DNA from: Octopus vulgaris
Taxonomy: Eukaryota
Direction of reading: 5' to 3'
Assembly: GCA_951406725.2 (NCBI GenBank)
Contig: OX597818.1
Span: 69,440,001 to 69,504,000, forward strand
DNA: 64,000 bases
The translations under genes and the position numbers were made by a program. The notes under the pieces are model-generated. The model saw only the letters and a list, made by a program, of their open reading frames with translations. It was not told the origin of the DNA and made no database searches. Below, piece after piece: positions 26,791-40,008 of the stretch. Within the stretch, counting starts at the first letter, position 1; every line of letters starts with the position of its first letter.

Positions 26791-27849
26791 TATACACTCA
26801 CATCTATTGATAGCTGTGAGATTATGGTGCTCAACTGTAGACCAGTATTGTGAAGAATTCAAATCTAGCTGCTTTTGCGACTATATTGTTGTGATCTTGA
26901 ACAAGATGCTTAACCAAGTATTTTCACTGAAGCAGACTCCATGCTACTCCCAACCGCAGTCTAAGGTCAATGGTAAGAAAAACTTCCATGTACAAAAGAA
27001 ATTGATTCCCATAATGAAAGACAGTACCTCATTCTTCTTTTAGTTGCTTCAGTCAGTGGGCTGTGGCCATAATGGAGCATTCTCACCAAAGGATTTAATC
27101 TGTTCTAGATGCGGAAAGGATCCAAAAATGTGTATTTTATTAACATCCTTAGAAGAGAAAGTCATTCAAAGGTCTTCTGCATAGTTTCCATCTACCAAAT
27201 TTCTTTTATAAATCTTTTGTCATCACAAGACAAAAGCAGAAGGCCCTTACCTTAGGTGCTGCACACTGGAATTGAACCCATACCTGATGACTAGAAATGA
27301 AATCCATCTGATCACCTCCACATTCTCTTCTTACATGTGAATAGTCAAGCGGTCCTTTTATGGCAAAATTCCTCTTCTACTCTGGCCCCTTTTCTCATAT
27401 GTTAACTCTTCATCTCCTAGCATGAAGCCAATTCCTGCAAGCTGCATGAAAAATGGTAGAAACCATTCTAAAGTAGAGAATGGAACAGAAGGCCTTTCTT
27501 GAACCCAACAGATCCTGGCAAACTGTCCAATCTCACAGCAAGGAACATGGACAATAGATGAAGATGATGATGATGGTGGTGGTGGTGGTGGTGGTGGTGA
27601 TGATGATGATGTTGACGATGACGACGACGACAACGACGACGATGATGATGATTAACATTGATTAGAATGTGCAGTACTAAACGATATATGCAAAACAGTA
27701 TTTAATTAATTAATGTTTTCCTCTTAGACGCAGAAAGAATACAAAATTCTGGTGGTAATTGTTGGTGAGTCTGAAAGTAAAGATGGAGATTTTGGTAGAA
27801 TTTGAAGAATTAATCTGTAAAAGTTAATTTACAAGATTAGAAGAATGTC

Positions 27850-28120
27850 AGTCTCTTTCTGTCTCCCTGTTGGAATTGGGAAAAAGGGCCATGCCCATGG
27901 CCTTCACAGGCCAATGGGATTGATACTGATAGTGTTCCTGTTGAATCCTTGTAAGGGAACACTTGTGAGAGAGAGAGAGAGGAGAGAGTGAGACAGGAGC
28001 AGAGAGGAAATTCCACTGAAATAACATTCTGGAGAGGAAGGAGTGGATGTATTGGTTAGTGTGGAGGGGGTTGAAAAGAGAGGAGGCAAGCGGGACATGA
28101 GTAACTGAAGGGAGAGACAA
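27850..28120 (-). mobile_element. CR1/L2-like LINE 3' ORF fragment
   Basis: HTNQYIHSFLSRMLFQWNFL and LQGFNRN resemble the LINE C-terminal SFFPR...WN.LP...LQ.FK motif. Confidence 0.6.
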
Positions 28121-28121
28121 C

Positions 28122-28155
28122 TACGCATGTGTTTCAGTCTATTGAACCTCATCAG
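28122..28155 (-). ncRNA. Hammerhead core motif lacking helix I
   Basis: CUGAUGA-GGUU[CAAUA]GACU-GAAA-CACAUGCG-UA; near-palindromic helix III; no helix I partner. Confidence 0.45.
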
Positions 28156-29255
28156 TATAATTAATTTTATTAGTCCTCATTACTCAAGACGATTTAATTA
28201 ATTCACAAAATATTTTACATATAGTAAAAGAATTAAAAAATAATTTCTGTTAAATATAATTTGTATAATTTACAAATAGATATAAGTTAAGGGAAATAAC
28301 TCAAACAGACCAATGACATAATTAACTCGATTTAATTCTATGGATTTTACTGCTATATTGCTTATTAAGAATCGAAGTTCAAAAATTTCTGCTGCATTTG
28401 TAAATCTCAAAGGCCAATCCAAGATGAAATATGAAACTTATTTACTGGTATGAAAACACCACATACTAATATCTGACTGCAGAACAGTTGACAATCAGTG
28501 TTAGTAAGTTTACATCATCATAACTTAGCAGTTCAACAAAACAACTGATGGAACAGTAGCAGTTTTAAAACAACAACTGGGGTTGATTTGATCAACTAAC
28601 ATACGTGGTGATGCTCCAGAATGGTCACAAAATATCCAGAGTAAAAGAGTCAAAGACAGATTGCAACAAGTCTGTCATCTCCCACTCAGCCATATAAAAT
28701 GATCAACAATAAATAATAAAAAAAAAAAAGGCAAGAAAACAATCGGTGCTATATTGGAATATTATTGATAGGTATTGATTATTTATAAGTAAGGAAGAAC
28801 ATTTTCATAAATGTAAAACAGCAACAAAATAGATCAACAAAAGTGTTCGTATTGTCTAATATCACTTTACATAGGAAATATTTAGCAATTAATTTATTCA
28901 TGATTTGATTATCAATATAAATACACACACACATATACACATACATATACACACACATATACATATATGTGTGTGATTGTGTGTATTTATTCGTTTTTGT
29001 TTATATTCTATCACAATAACAGGACAACAATATTGTTAGTTACAGTGTTCTATCAAGAGACCAATCACTGCTTTACTTCATTTCTGATTGGGAAACTGAT
29101 AAGGAGTGCCTGCAAATTGGTGCAGAACAATTATCACAAAGGACTTTTTTTCAAGAACATTGTTTTTCTTGGTTTTCTTGCCAATGCTTATGTCCTTCAT
29201 TGAAAGATATATGAAAACTTACATACATAAACATATACACAAGCATATATACCTA

Positions 29256-30165
29256 CGAGGAGATACCCAAAAGAACCCGGAATTTTGCAATATTATTTTG
29301 TTCACTTAGTTTTAAATGTTTACTCTTTCATTTCCTTCAAAGTATTCTTCATTTGAATCAGTGCATCATTCCAGATGCATTTTCCACTAATCAAAGCAGT
29401 GTTGGAACTCTTGCAAAACGATGCCTTTTATATGCCTCCATCATTCTTTCCTTCACCTCTTCCACATCTGCAAATTCCATAGCACCAGTTTTCGTCACCA
29501 GTGATGACCTTTGAAAAAAAGTTCCGAATCCACTTCCAACTGTTCTTTCAGTTCATGACATGCATTCAGCCATGAATGCTTTTGATCTTCTGTGAGCAAG
29601 CAAGGCACCAACTTTGCTGTAACACTTTTCATTCACAATTCCTCACACGAAATTCATTGGCAGGATCTCCAGGACACACCAGTCATATCAACAAGTCTGT
29701 TAATTGTTCAGTGACAGTCCCCCAAGATCTGTTCATGAAATTTCCTGATTTCTTCATTTGTTCAGGAGGTCGACAGTCACCCTGAATGAGATTGGTCTTC
29801 AAGCATCAAGTGACCATTCCTAAAGCCTAGAAACCACTCGTAAGCGTGTGTTTTGTTCATGGCACAGTGTCCTTGTAAGCTGTTTGCAGCATGACAACTG
29901 TTTCGCCCATTGTTTTTCTCAGCTGGAAACAGAATTTCATGGAAGCATTCCATTCCTTCATTCCAGGCATCACAAAAATTGACATAAAGGGGTGAAGCAC
30001 AGCAAAATAAAGATGTGCCATCTGGCAGTATGACTTAATCCAACGACACTCGTCGGCAGGCTGATGCCTGAGGGTTGCATCATGTGGCTTCTGGTGGCAG
30101 ATGCCTCAACTACAACGGAATTGTCCTACATAGAACGTTTCCAGTTACTTTTGGGTTCCTCTTTG
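29256..30165 (-). mobile_element. Internally deleted mariner transposon with both TIRs and TA TSD
   Basis: TA|CGAGGAGATACCCAAAAGAACCCGGAA...TTCCAGTTACTTTTGGGTTCCTCTTTG|TA; minus-strand translation MKFCFQL..GETVVMLQTAY, AKLVPCLLTEDQK, VITGDENWCYG then jumps to the C-terminal FADVEEVK..EYFEG. Confidence 0.9.
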
Positions 30166-30351
30166 TACATGCATACATACATAAATTCATACACAAATGC
30201 ATGTCTTTATGTATGAATAAGTACACACATTCATATATACACACACATGCATGCATAAGTCCATCTATCTATCCATCTATATATTTATGTATACATATAT
30301 ATATGTATACACACACACACAGAGAGACACACAGACATATATATATATATT

Positions 30352-30560
30352 CTTTTATTCTTTTATTCTTCTAATGGTTTCGGTCATTTGACTGTGGCCA
30401 TGCTGGTGCACCACCTTTAGTCGAACAAATCAACTCAAGGACTTATTCTTTGTAAGCCTAATACTTATTGTATGTCTTATGCCGAACCACGAAATTACAG
30501 GGATTTAAACACACCAGCATCGGTTGCCAAGCAATGGTTGGGGGACAAACACAGATGCAC
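30352..30560 (-). mobile_element. Family-1 SINE 3' half
   Basis: GTCATTTGACTGTGGCCATGCTGGTGCAC..AACACACCAGCATCGGTTG. Confidence 0.8.
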
Positions 30561-30683
30561 AAACATATATACATATATATACATACACACACACACACAC
30601 ATACACACATATATTTTTTAATTTTTTTATTTTATCTAGTTTCAGTTCACGAGCTGTGGCCATGATAGATTGCAACAAGTCTG

Positions 30684-30735
<52 letters not shown>

Positions 30736-31596
30736 CACGGAAAGCGGATGTTAAACGATGATGATATATATAAATGGAACAAAAACGCAATAGAGGACAA
30801 TAAAACATTCGGAAAGATAGATGATACAAAGGTGAACAAGAGAAACAACAATTAGAAGGACAGGCAAAAAAAGATGGGTCATTCTTGGCCTTCTTTCCTC
30901 AGTCAAGTACCAGAAGTCACAACTGTTTCAGGCAGTTACCCTTGAGACAGTACGATCTGGTTGCACCCCCAAAAGGTCTAAGCTAAGAGCATTAGACCCC
31001 TTTGTAAGAAAGCTAGTGAATCTGTACAAAAAAACAGAGAACATAGTACACAATTACACAACAGGCTTCTTTCAGTTTCCATCTACCAAATCCTCTCACA
31101 ACCTTTTGTCGTTGATCCGAGGTTATAAAAGAAGACATTTGCCCAAGGTGCCACAGAGTGGGACTGAAACTGGTACCATGTGGTTGGGAAACAAGCTTCT
31201 TACCACACAGCCATGCCTCCACCTACTGTTGTTTAAGCAAAGGGTCACAGTTTTTGTTCATTAGCTAAATGTAAAACATCGTTGGCACCTGCATAAGTTT
31301 ATTAGCAACACATAGGTAAAAGTTGAAAATGTGGGAGGTATTTCTGCTGCAACCTGTATATAGAAATATATCATCATTCAATGTCAATTTTTCATGCAGG
31401 AATGGGTTGGATAGTTTGAGAGGAGCTGGCAAGGCTGGAGGGCTGCACCAGACTCCATTGTCTGCTTTGGCATGGTTTCTACGGCTGAATGCCTTTCCTG
31501 AGTGTTTTCTATGTAATAATAGCACCAGTGCATTTTAAATGGCACCACCACTAGTTGTGTATGTACATATGCACCATGCATGCATATATCTATATA

Positions 31597-31631
<35 letters not shown>

Positions 31632-31869
31632 AAGGGCATTCACCTTTATAAATACAAGCAAATATGAAATGTATGAAGGAGACGACATAGGGAGAGGACG
31701 ACCAGGATGAGGAGGATGACAACGATGATGATGGTGATGATGATGACAATGACTCCAGAGGTGATGACAATATAGACCATGATAATGATGACAATAATGG
31801 TGTTGTCAGTGACAATGATGTTGTTGACATTGCAGATGACAAAGGATGAGAACAATGGCAATGACAACA

Positions 31870-31892
31870 ATGAAAATGACGATGACGACGAC

Positions 31893-31984
<92 letters not shown>

Positions 31985-31994
31985 TGACGATGAC

Positions 31995-32027
<33 letters not shown>

Positions 32028-32050
32028 GAGGATGATGATGATGATGATGA
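31870..32050. repeat. (GAT)n/(GAC)n microsatellite
   Basis: Directly visible; source of the poly-D ORF. Confidence 0.95.
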
Positions 32051-32851
32051 AGAGCATGGTGTTTGTCTAATTTACACCCCTGACAAAATCAGTTGTCCCC
32101 TTCTTGAATGATTGTTTAGGCTTTAATAATGTTAGAGGCTGAACTGCAGCTGTGAAACAAAAACAAACAAACACTTTTCATTTATTCCCTCAACATGCAA
32201 CGTGTGCAACATAGCAAAGATGAAGAGCCATCCGACCAGTTTAACGCAGAAGAAACCAATAACAATAATAACAATAATAACAATAATAACAATAATAACA
32301 ATAATAATAACAATAATAATAATAATAATAATGATAATAATAATTATAATAACATTAATGATAACAACAGCAACAACAACGGCAAGTAATGATTATAAAA
32401 CACTTGAAATGTAATTGTCAATTAAGTTGTTTTTAATGATATATGAGATCATACTTAGATTGTTAATAAGACAAGGAGTAAAAATACATGTTTTCAATTA
32501 AAGCAGAGCATCAGATAAAAAGGCACTTAAGAGTGAATAGAATAACATTTCACTGAGAGAGAGATCTGCTTGGATGGCGCAAGCTTTGGCGGATGGATCG
32601 TGCTCAACAGCTGTCGAAGATTAACATCGGCCACTGTTATGACATCAGCTTTAAAATTAGCCAAGTTTTAGCAGCATGCATTATACATATATATATACAT
32701 ACATACATAAATGTAAATATACACACACACACACACACACTTGCATATATATATACACACACATATATGAATATATATATATCTATATATAAAATATTTA
32801 CATATAAATTATATGTATCACAATATATATATATCAAAATATATGTATGTA

Positions 32852-32899
<48 letters not shown>

Positions 32900-32914
32900 T
32901 AAACATACACACAC

Positions 32915-32951
<37 letters not shown>

Positions 32952-32953
32952 TA

Positions 32954-33376
32954 TCTATTATATAAAATCCGTTCTGTCTGTTTGTCTTCTTGGATCTCGG
33001 GCATCCTCCATCCGATTGTGCTCAAATTTGATATGTAGATACTGACGGAATCAGGGCGTGTATAAGTCTTGAAAAAATTACAAAAATCAGTTCCAGGTGA
33101 GAATGCGATGGATAAAGCCGGAGGAACGTGCATTTGTACACGCAAGTACTTTAAACCCTTTGGTTGCATATTTGTGTGAATAAAATCGTTTTTCTTTGGA
33201 ATAGAAAAAAGTCTATCTTTATTTCTTCTTTTGCTGGTGTCTCAAAATTAGGTTAAATCAGTGTTTCTCAAAGGGGAGGCTATGGGACGGTCAGACAAGT
33301 TGTTTTGAGAAAATTTGGTTTAAATGTTTGACAACTCAGCACCGACCATTGGACGGGGGGGGGTGCATTTTGCTCG
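32954..33376 (+). mobile_element. Non-autonomous Helitron-like element (copy 1)
   Basis: A|TCTATTATATAAAA 5' end, subterminal hairpin CCGACC-ATT-GGACGG, 3' end CTCG|T; close homolog at 52636-53059. Confidence 0.7.
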
Positions 33377-33416
<40 letters not shown>

Positions 33417-33427
33417 TAACATGTGTC

Positions 33428-33820
33428 TTATCTTTTACTTGTTTCAGTCATTAGACTGTGGCCATGCTGGGGCACTGCCTTGATGAATTTTAGTCGAATG
33501 AATTGATCACAGTTTGTTTTTTTTTTGCCTCGCTCCTAAGTTCAAGAGGTGTAAACACACCAACACCAGTTGTCGAGTGGTAGTGGTGTTGGGGAGACAA
33601 ATACAGACACAAAGACACACTTACATGCACACACACAAACATATATATATACACCATAGGCTTCTTTCAGTTTCTTTCAGTACCAAAACCACTGACAAGG
33701 CTTTGGCAGGCCTGAGGCTATAAGCAGATAACCCTTGGCCATAGTGCCACACAGTGGGTCTGAATCCAGACCCATGTGACTGAGAAGCAAGATTCTTCCC
33801 CCACAGCCATGCCTGCACCT
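33428..33820 (-). mobile_element. Family-1 SINE (diverged)
   Basis: Tail TTTTACTTGTTTCAGTCATTAGACTGTGGCCATGCTGGGGCAC; head CCACAGCCATGCCTGCACC. Confidence 0.8.
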
Positions 33821-34369
33821 ATGTAGGAGCAAAACAGTTTTTCAGTCCCTAGCAAGACACCTTTTGTAAATCTTCAACTTCAAAGATGACTAAAAGAAAA
33901 TGTTTTCCACTTGGAAAACATGCAAGGAAAAAGATGTACAAGAAGACCCTTGAATCCTTTGATATGCATTCACCCTTATCATCATTTTAACATCCACTTT
34001 TCCAAATTGGCATGGGTCAGATGGGTTACAGTAAAATTTAAACGGGCAAAGTATTACAATATGGAAGAAAATGAAGCTTTGTGAGTCAATATTAGAAATA
34101 GGAGAAATTAGACACAAAACACTAAGAAGACCAGATGGATAGACCAAGGCTAAAATGATCAAAGATGATATATAATAAAAAGGGGAAATGACTCTGGCAG
34201 TTGTTGAGTTCCCTGATAATCATGATTAAGCTATTCTCTTGCTATATTTCTACTGGAAGACATTTAATTTCGAAAATAAGAAAGAATTTAATAAAATAAC
34301 TTCAGTATTCTTATTCTAGTGTATGGAACACCAGATTAAAATTAACAGGAAATTAATATTAGTTTCAAA

Positions 34370-34545
34370 TTTTGATGAAAGGCCAGCAATTTCCAGGGAA
34401 GGGGTGGGTTGCTTACACCAACCCCTGTGCGTAACTGGTACATTTTTTATCGACCCTGAAAGAATAAAAGGCAAAGCCGACCTCAGTGGGATTTGAACAC
34501 AAAAGCTAAAGAGAGACAAAATGCCACAAAGAATTTTGCCCAGTA
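34370..34545 (-). mobile_element. tRNA-derived SINE, family 2
   Basis: ATCGACCCTGAAAGAATAAAAGGCAAAGCCGACCTCAGTGGGATTTGAAC. Confidence 0.75.
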
Positions 34546-35275
34546 AATGTGAAAACATGAAATGAATATTAACATGAAACATTAATTCACATGAAATTTG
34601 ATGGGAAGTTTTAATTTAGACCAATTAACAAGAAGTTTGTATCCTAGAACCAAGGGCAGTCTCAGATAGGTTGGTATTTAAACAGAAAATATATGCTCCA
34701 GTCATGACCCTGTTGTAATTGTAAAACTCCAAGTTAATCCTGGTTAAGCAAACCTTAAAATCAAAGGCATTCTGACTATGAGAACTCCATTACAGTGTAT
34801 TTAGGACCACATTATCAATTGTGGTCTTTCCATTTTTATGGCAGTTAAATGGGATTTGAGGGAGATTTGGCTGCTATTTGTAACGTATAGACTATCAATA
34901 TAGAGATTTCCTTATTAGTTGTATCATTCAAGCCATGACAAATTCATACGATGGATTACATTGGCCAAAGATTTGTTTAGCTCCAATTTGAGGGAGATTT
35001 AGCTGCTTTAATATTAGGTTAGCTGATCATATAGGGACTTACTGATTGGATTAGAGTATAGTGCAGAACCTTCAACTCACTGCCATTGTTCAGCACCGTT
35101 CTCTGATTTTTTAAAATCTTTTTTTATATTTTGCAGATGAAAATTCTATCTAATAATATGTCTTGGGATTTTGGAAATATATTCCACTCTCTGTCACATT
35201 ATTCACTTCTCTAGCATTGCATGACATTGCTCATACACTTCAAAACATAGACATATACATACATACATACATACA

Positions 35276-35352
<77 letters not shown>

Positions 35353-35402
35353 GTATATATGAGTGTATGAATCTATGTATGTGCATATATAAAAGAAATA
35401 TG

Positions 35403-35451
<49 letters not shown>

Positions 35452-35503
35452 GAGTGTATGAGTCTATGTATGTGCATATATAAAAGAAATATGTATGTAT
35501 ATC

Positions 35504-35551
<48 letters not shown>

Positions 35552-35971
35552 CAAATATGTCCAACACTATCATATAGAATCCCCTGGCCTCCTAAGGAAT
35601 AACATTGACTAGCGATACACATGGTGAATGTCTTGGAATGACTTGTAGAGGTGTGTAGAATGCAACGACTGTAGTTGTTCATTTTAATGCCGTCAATATA
35701 TTTTACTGACTGCATTACATGAATTAAGCGGAGCAATAACAACACCGTCAGAAACAACAACAACAACAACGACAATAACAACAATAATAATAACGAGTCT
35801 TTTATTTAACACAAGGGTGTTGGGTGACGGGTGTATTACGGAGACAAGTTGCAATTTGTATGGGAAGGAGGCATAAGATCCAGGGAGATTGAAGGGAAAG
35901 AGGAGGAAAGGTTCCTGTACACACACACACACACACACATATACAAATACACACGCACACACATATGAAAC

Positions 35972-36292
<321 letters not shown>

Positions 36293-36909
36293 AATGATAT
36301 TTATAGTCCACAGAAAATGTTTCTATTAAGTCCTGAAGTTGCAAGTATGTAGTTATTTCTGAAAAAAAAAGAAAAAGAAACAAAATCTATGAAGTAGAGC
36401 AGAATGACTGGCTTATCTGCCCTTCTTGGACTTGTCCATTGTAAGGTTTCTTTAGATAATAATCAACAATGCAACCAACCAAGAAATTGATCAGCCTTCT
36501 ATGAATTGTGTTCGATATAGAGAACCAGTTAAACCCACACATTTATTTCCATCTCCCTTTCTCGCTCTCCCTCTCTCCCCTTTCTCTAGCTATGTTATAT
36601 ACATGTGTGTGTGTGTGTGTGTGTAGGTGTGTTTCAGTATGTCTATTTGTTTCTGCATTTACCTATTATAATTTCTTTTCTCTTATTTGCTTATATAACC
36701 ATCTTGTAATGTACCTATCTGTCTGACTGTCTGTCTGGCTGTCTGTCTGGCTGTATGTATGTATATTGGAAGGACTTCCTTTGTCATTTTACTCTGATGA
36801 TAATGATATTGATGCTGATGATGATGGTGTATGATGATGATCTGTTTGTATCTGTCTGCCTGTCTTTTTCTCTCTTACTTTCTCTCTCACTCTCTCCTCT
36901 TTCTCTCCT

Positions 36910-36942
<33 letters not shown>

Positions 36943-36977
36943 CTCTCTTTCTCCATATATATATATATATATATATA

Positions 36978-37330
36978 CAAGGTCTGATCAAAAATTATTT
37001 GGACTGATACTTTAAAAAGATAACTACAACACACCAACCCAGCATTTAATCTTCGAATTATTCCTCTTCTGGAGGCCTACACTTTATCCAGCACCGTTTC
37101 CAGTGATGGAAGCATTCCTGCAACATCTCTTCTGGGATAGTGAGCAGCTGCTTTGCTGCATTCTCTTGAAATTCCTCAACTTCTCAAAATCTTCTTCCTT
37201 TCCAGTGGAATTTGATTCTTGCTTTGTTTTCAAGGCCATAGACCCATGATTTGCTGCCTTTTATGACAGTTTTCAAAAGGAATTTCATCTTCCTTGACAC
37301 AGCCAAGGAGATCTTGTGCAACTGGGACCC
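36978..37330 (-). mobile_element. mariner 3' fragment
   Basis: TA|CAAGGTCTGATCAAAAATTATTTGGACTG TIR; minus-strand EVEEFQENAAKQLLTIPEEMLQECFHHWKRCWIKC and SWVYG. Confidence 0.75.
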
Positions 37331-37475
37331 AATTATTTTTCAGATGAACACATTCTGCACACTCTATTTCCAAGCATTGTTATGAACAATGCAGGTGAGT
37401 AGGGATGTTATAACTTAGTGTGCATGTGCAACAGAGTTGAAGGTCGATCTGTACATAGCATCACCACGATACATG

Positions 37476-37540
<65 letters not shown>

Positions 37541-37547
<7 letters not shown>

Positions 37548-38030
37548 ATATTATAATTCATTTCTCTCGGTCATACTACCTCGGTTCTCGCGGTTAAAAT
37601 ATAATGTTTGCTAGATAGACCACGTGGGTGGAATGGGGAGTGCAGAATTTTACGCCTGCGCATTTTGAATTTGTTGACACTGTTTAGTTGGAGTGGTTCA
37701 TCTGAAGCGACAAGTTCGATGATAGGTAAAGTTCCTTCTTTTTAGTGTTTCCAAATCCAAATTAAGAAATTTTGAGCTGACGAAAGAAATGCTGATTTTA
37801 TTTGGCTAATCTTGAAACGTTGACGTACTCAAACGATCTATGTACTTGTGATATTTTTCTGTATTTACCCCCAAACCTTCGTGAGCTGTCTGGAGTAAAC
37901 ATTATCTGAGAGAAATTTTCTTTAAGTAGTAGAAATGGTAAGAAAAATTTTTTTTTGGCTGCTATTTCTACTAAGTTCAGTATGTGGCAAAGTAATTTAT
38001 TTTACTAAGCCCTAATTATATAATGTAATA
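37541..38030 (+). mobile_element. ~490-bp CpG-rich ORF-less insertion in (TA)n carrying an intact HHR (solo pLTR- or retrozyme-like)
   Basis: Bounded by (TA)n on both sides; many CpGs relative to the flanks; HHR at 37771-37833. Confidence 0.6.
37771..37833 (+). ncRNA. Intact type I hammerhead ribozyme
   Basis: UUUGAG-CUGACGA-AAGA..GCUGA..UUGGC..UCUU-GAAA-CG[UUGA]CG-UA-CUCAAA: perfect 6-bp helix I, full core, tetraloop-capped helix III, GUA site (cut after 37827). Confidence 0.9.
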
Positions 38031-38814
38031 TATATATATATATATATATATGATGGGCTTCTTTCAGTTTCCGTCTATCAAATCTACTCACAAGGCTTTG
38101 GTCAGTACAAGGCACAGTAGAAGACACTTTCCCAAGGTGCCACACAGTGGGACTGAACCCATCTTCTCATCACTTAATTAATGTAATTACCTCAACTTAC
38201 GCTGCAGAGTTCCTGAAGGAGATGCAATGGAAATATGCCCTGACTGCGAATGAAACCAGGTAGCCCCAAACTGTGCCAGTGCCCTACTCTACACTTAAAC
38301 ACACTAATCGGATTACACCTATTAGTCCAAAATAGCTGGCACGTAAAAAGCACCCACTGCACTCACGGAGTTGTTGGCGTTAGGAAGGGCATCCAGCTGG
38401 AGAAACTCTGCCAGATCAGGCTGGAGCCTTGTGCAGACTCCTGGCTTCCAAGACCCCGGTCGAACCGTCCAACCCAAGCTAGCATGGAAAACGGATGATG
38501 ATGATATCTATGTGTGTATATGTGTGTGTGTGTTTTTTTGCATGTCAATATCTATGTGTGTGCGTATGTCATGTGTGTGTATTTGTGTTTGTATTTGTAC
38601 CCCATCAATATTTAACGACCAGCGTTGGTTTGTTTATGTCCATGTAACTTAACAATTTGGCAGAAAAGAGTGCAATTGAGACCAGTACCCATTTTAAAAT
38701 AAAGTACTGTGGTCAGTTCGCTTGACCAAACACTTCAATGCAGCTCCTTAGCATAGCCACAGTCTAACAATTGTAACAAGTAAAATGAAAAATGCTAAAA
38801 CTTATGTGTATATA

Positions 38815-39051
38815 CAGTGTGGCCCAAAAGCAGGTTTTCAGTTCTTCAACCATTTCTTTCGTATTCATATATTTACAGTTTAGATCTTAATTATAAAAAA
38901 ACAAATGAAACCATTTTTCTCTGCTAATTTACTTAATTTTGTCAAGCTCCCATTTCAGTTTGTAAGATAGAAGTTTAAATGTAATAAAATGTTTTAAAAG
39001 AAATTTAAAGTGCCTACGTGATAACTGTAAACCTATGTTTGGGTCACTTTG
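38815..39051. mobile_element. Tc1/mariner-type MITE with TA TSD
   Basis: TA|CAGTGTGGCCCAAAAGCAGGTTTTCAGTT ... AACTGTAAACCTATGTTTGGGTCACTTTG|TA. Confidence 0.8.
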
Positions 39052-39577
39052 TATATTTATACATCATTCTGTCTATATGTCTATTTTAGATTTGTCCCAG
39101 AGAACTGCTTTTGTGATTATAACATCTGATGTGAATCCAGCAAATCTAATGCTTAAACATAACCAGAAAATCCCATTGGTATATTTTGTTCGAAAAAGTT
39201 CTATAATTTCTCAAATTGCTGCTTCTTAGATCAAACCTGTTTTGAAAGACTAAAAAGGATTTTCAAAATATTCCACATAGAATTTCTGACAATACTCACA
39301 ATGTGAAAGTTTGTGTTGTGAATCCCATAAATTTGTGGTGAGAGACGCTATAAGAATATGTGTGATGTGACTCACCAAAATTTCTAACAAGAAATGTATA
39401 AGATCTTTTGTGCAATGATTTTTATACATCATTATGTGAATGTTTCTGCTCTGATTCCCATAAAGTTATCAGAATGCTTGTATTATGATTCCTATATCCA
39501 GTTTTTAATAGATTAACCTTATGAAATCCACTTGCTACTGATAGTAGCTGCATTGATGTTCTGATTGTAAATCTATT

Positions 39578-39835
39578 GGATGGATGGATGGATGGATGGA
39601 TGGATGGATGGATGGATGGATGGATTTATACATATATACACACTGACCAACAGATACTTAGATAAATAGATAGATAGATAAGTAGGTAGATAGATAGATA
39701 GATACATAGACAGACAGATAGATGAACAGAAAGACAAACAGGCAGATATGAATGGGTGGATGGATGGATGGATGGGTGGATGGATGAGTAGGCGAGTGAA
39801 TGGACGGATGGGTTGATACATATATATACACAAAC

Positions 39836-39893
<58 letters not shown>

Positions 39894-40008
39894 TTAGATG
39901 GATGGATGGATAGACAGATAGATGGATAAGAGGATGGTTGGCTGAATAGAAAGACAAACAGGCAGATATTGATGGATGGATAGATGGATGGATGGATGGA
40001 TAGATGAA
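39578..40008. repeat. (GATG)n/(GATA)n compound microsatellite
   Basis: Directly visible. Confidence 0.95.

Noticed and set aside
30870-30960. Minus-strand GAAACAGTTGTG...CTGAGGA as an HHR
   Set aside because: Helices cannot be formed consistently and there is no valid cleavage triplet.
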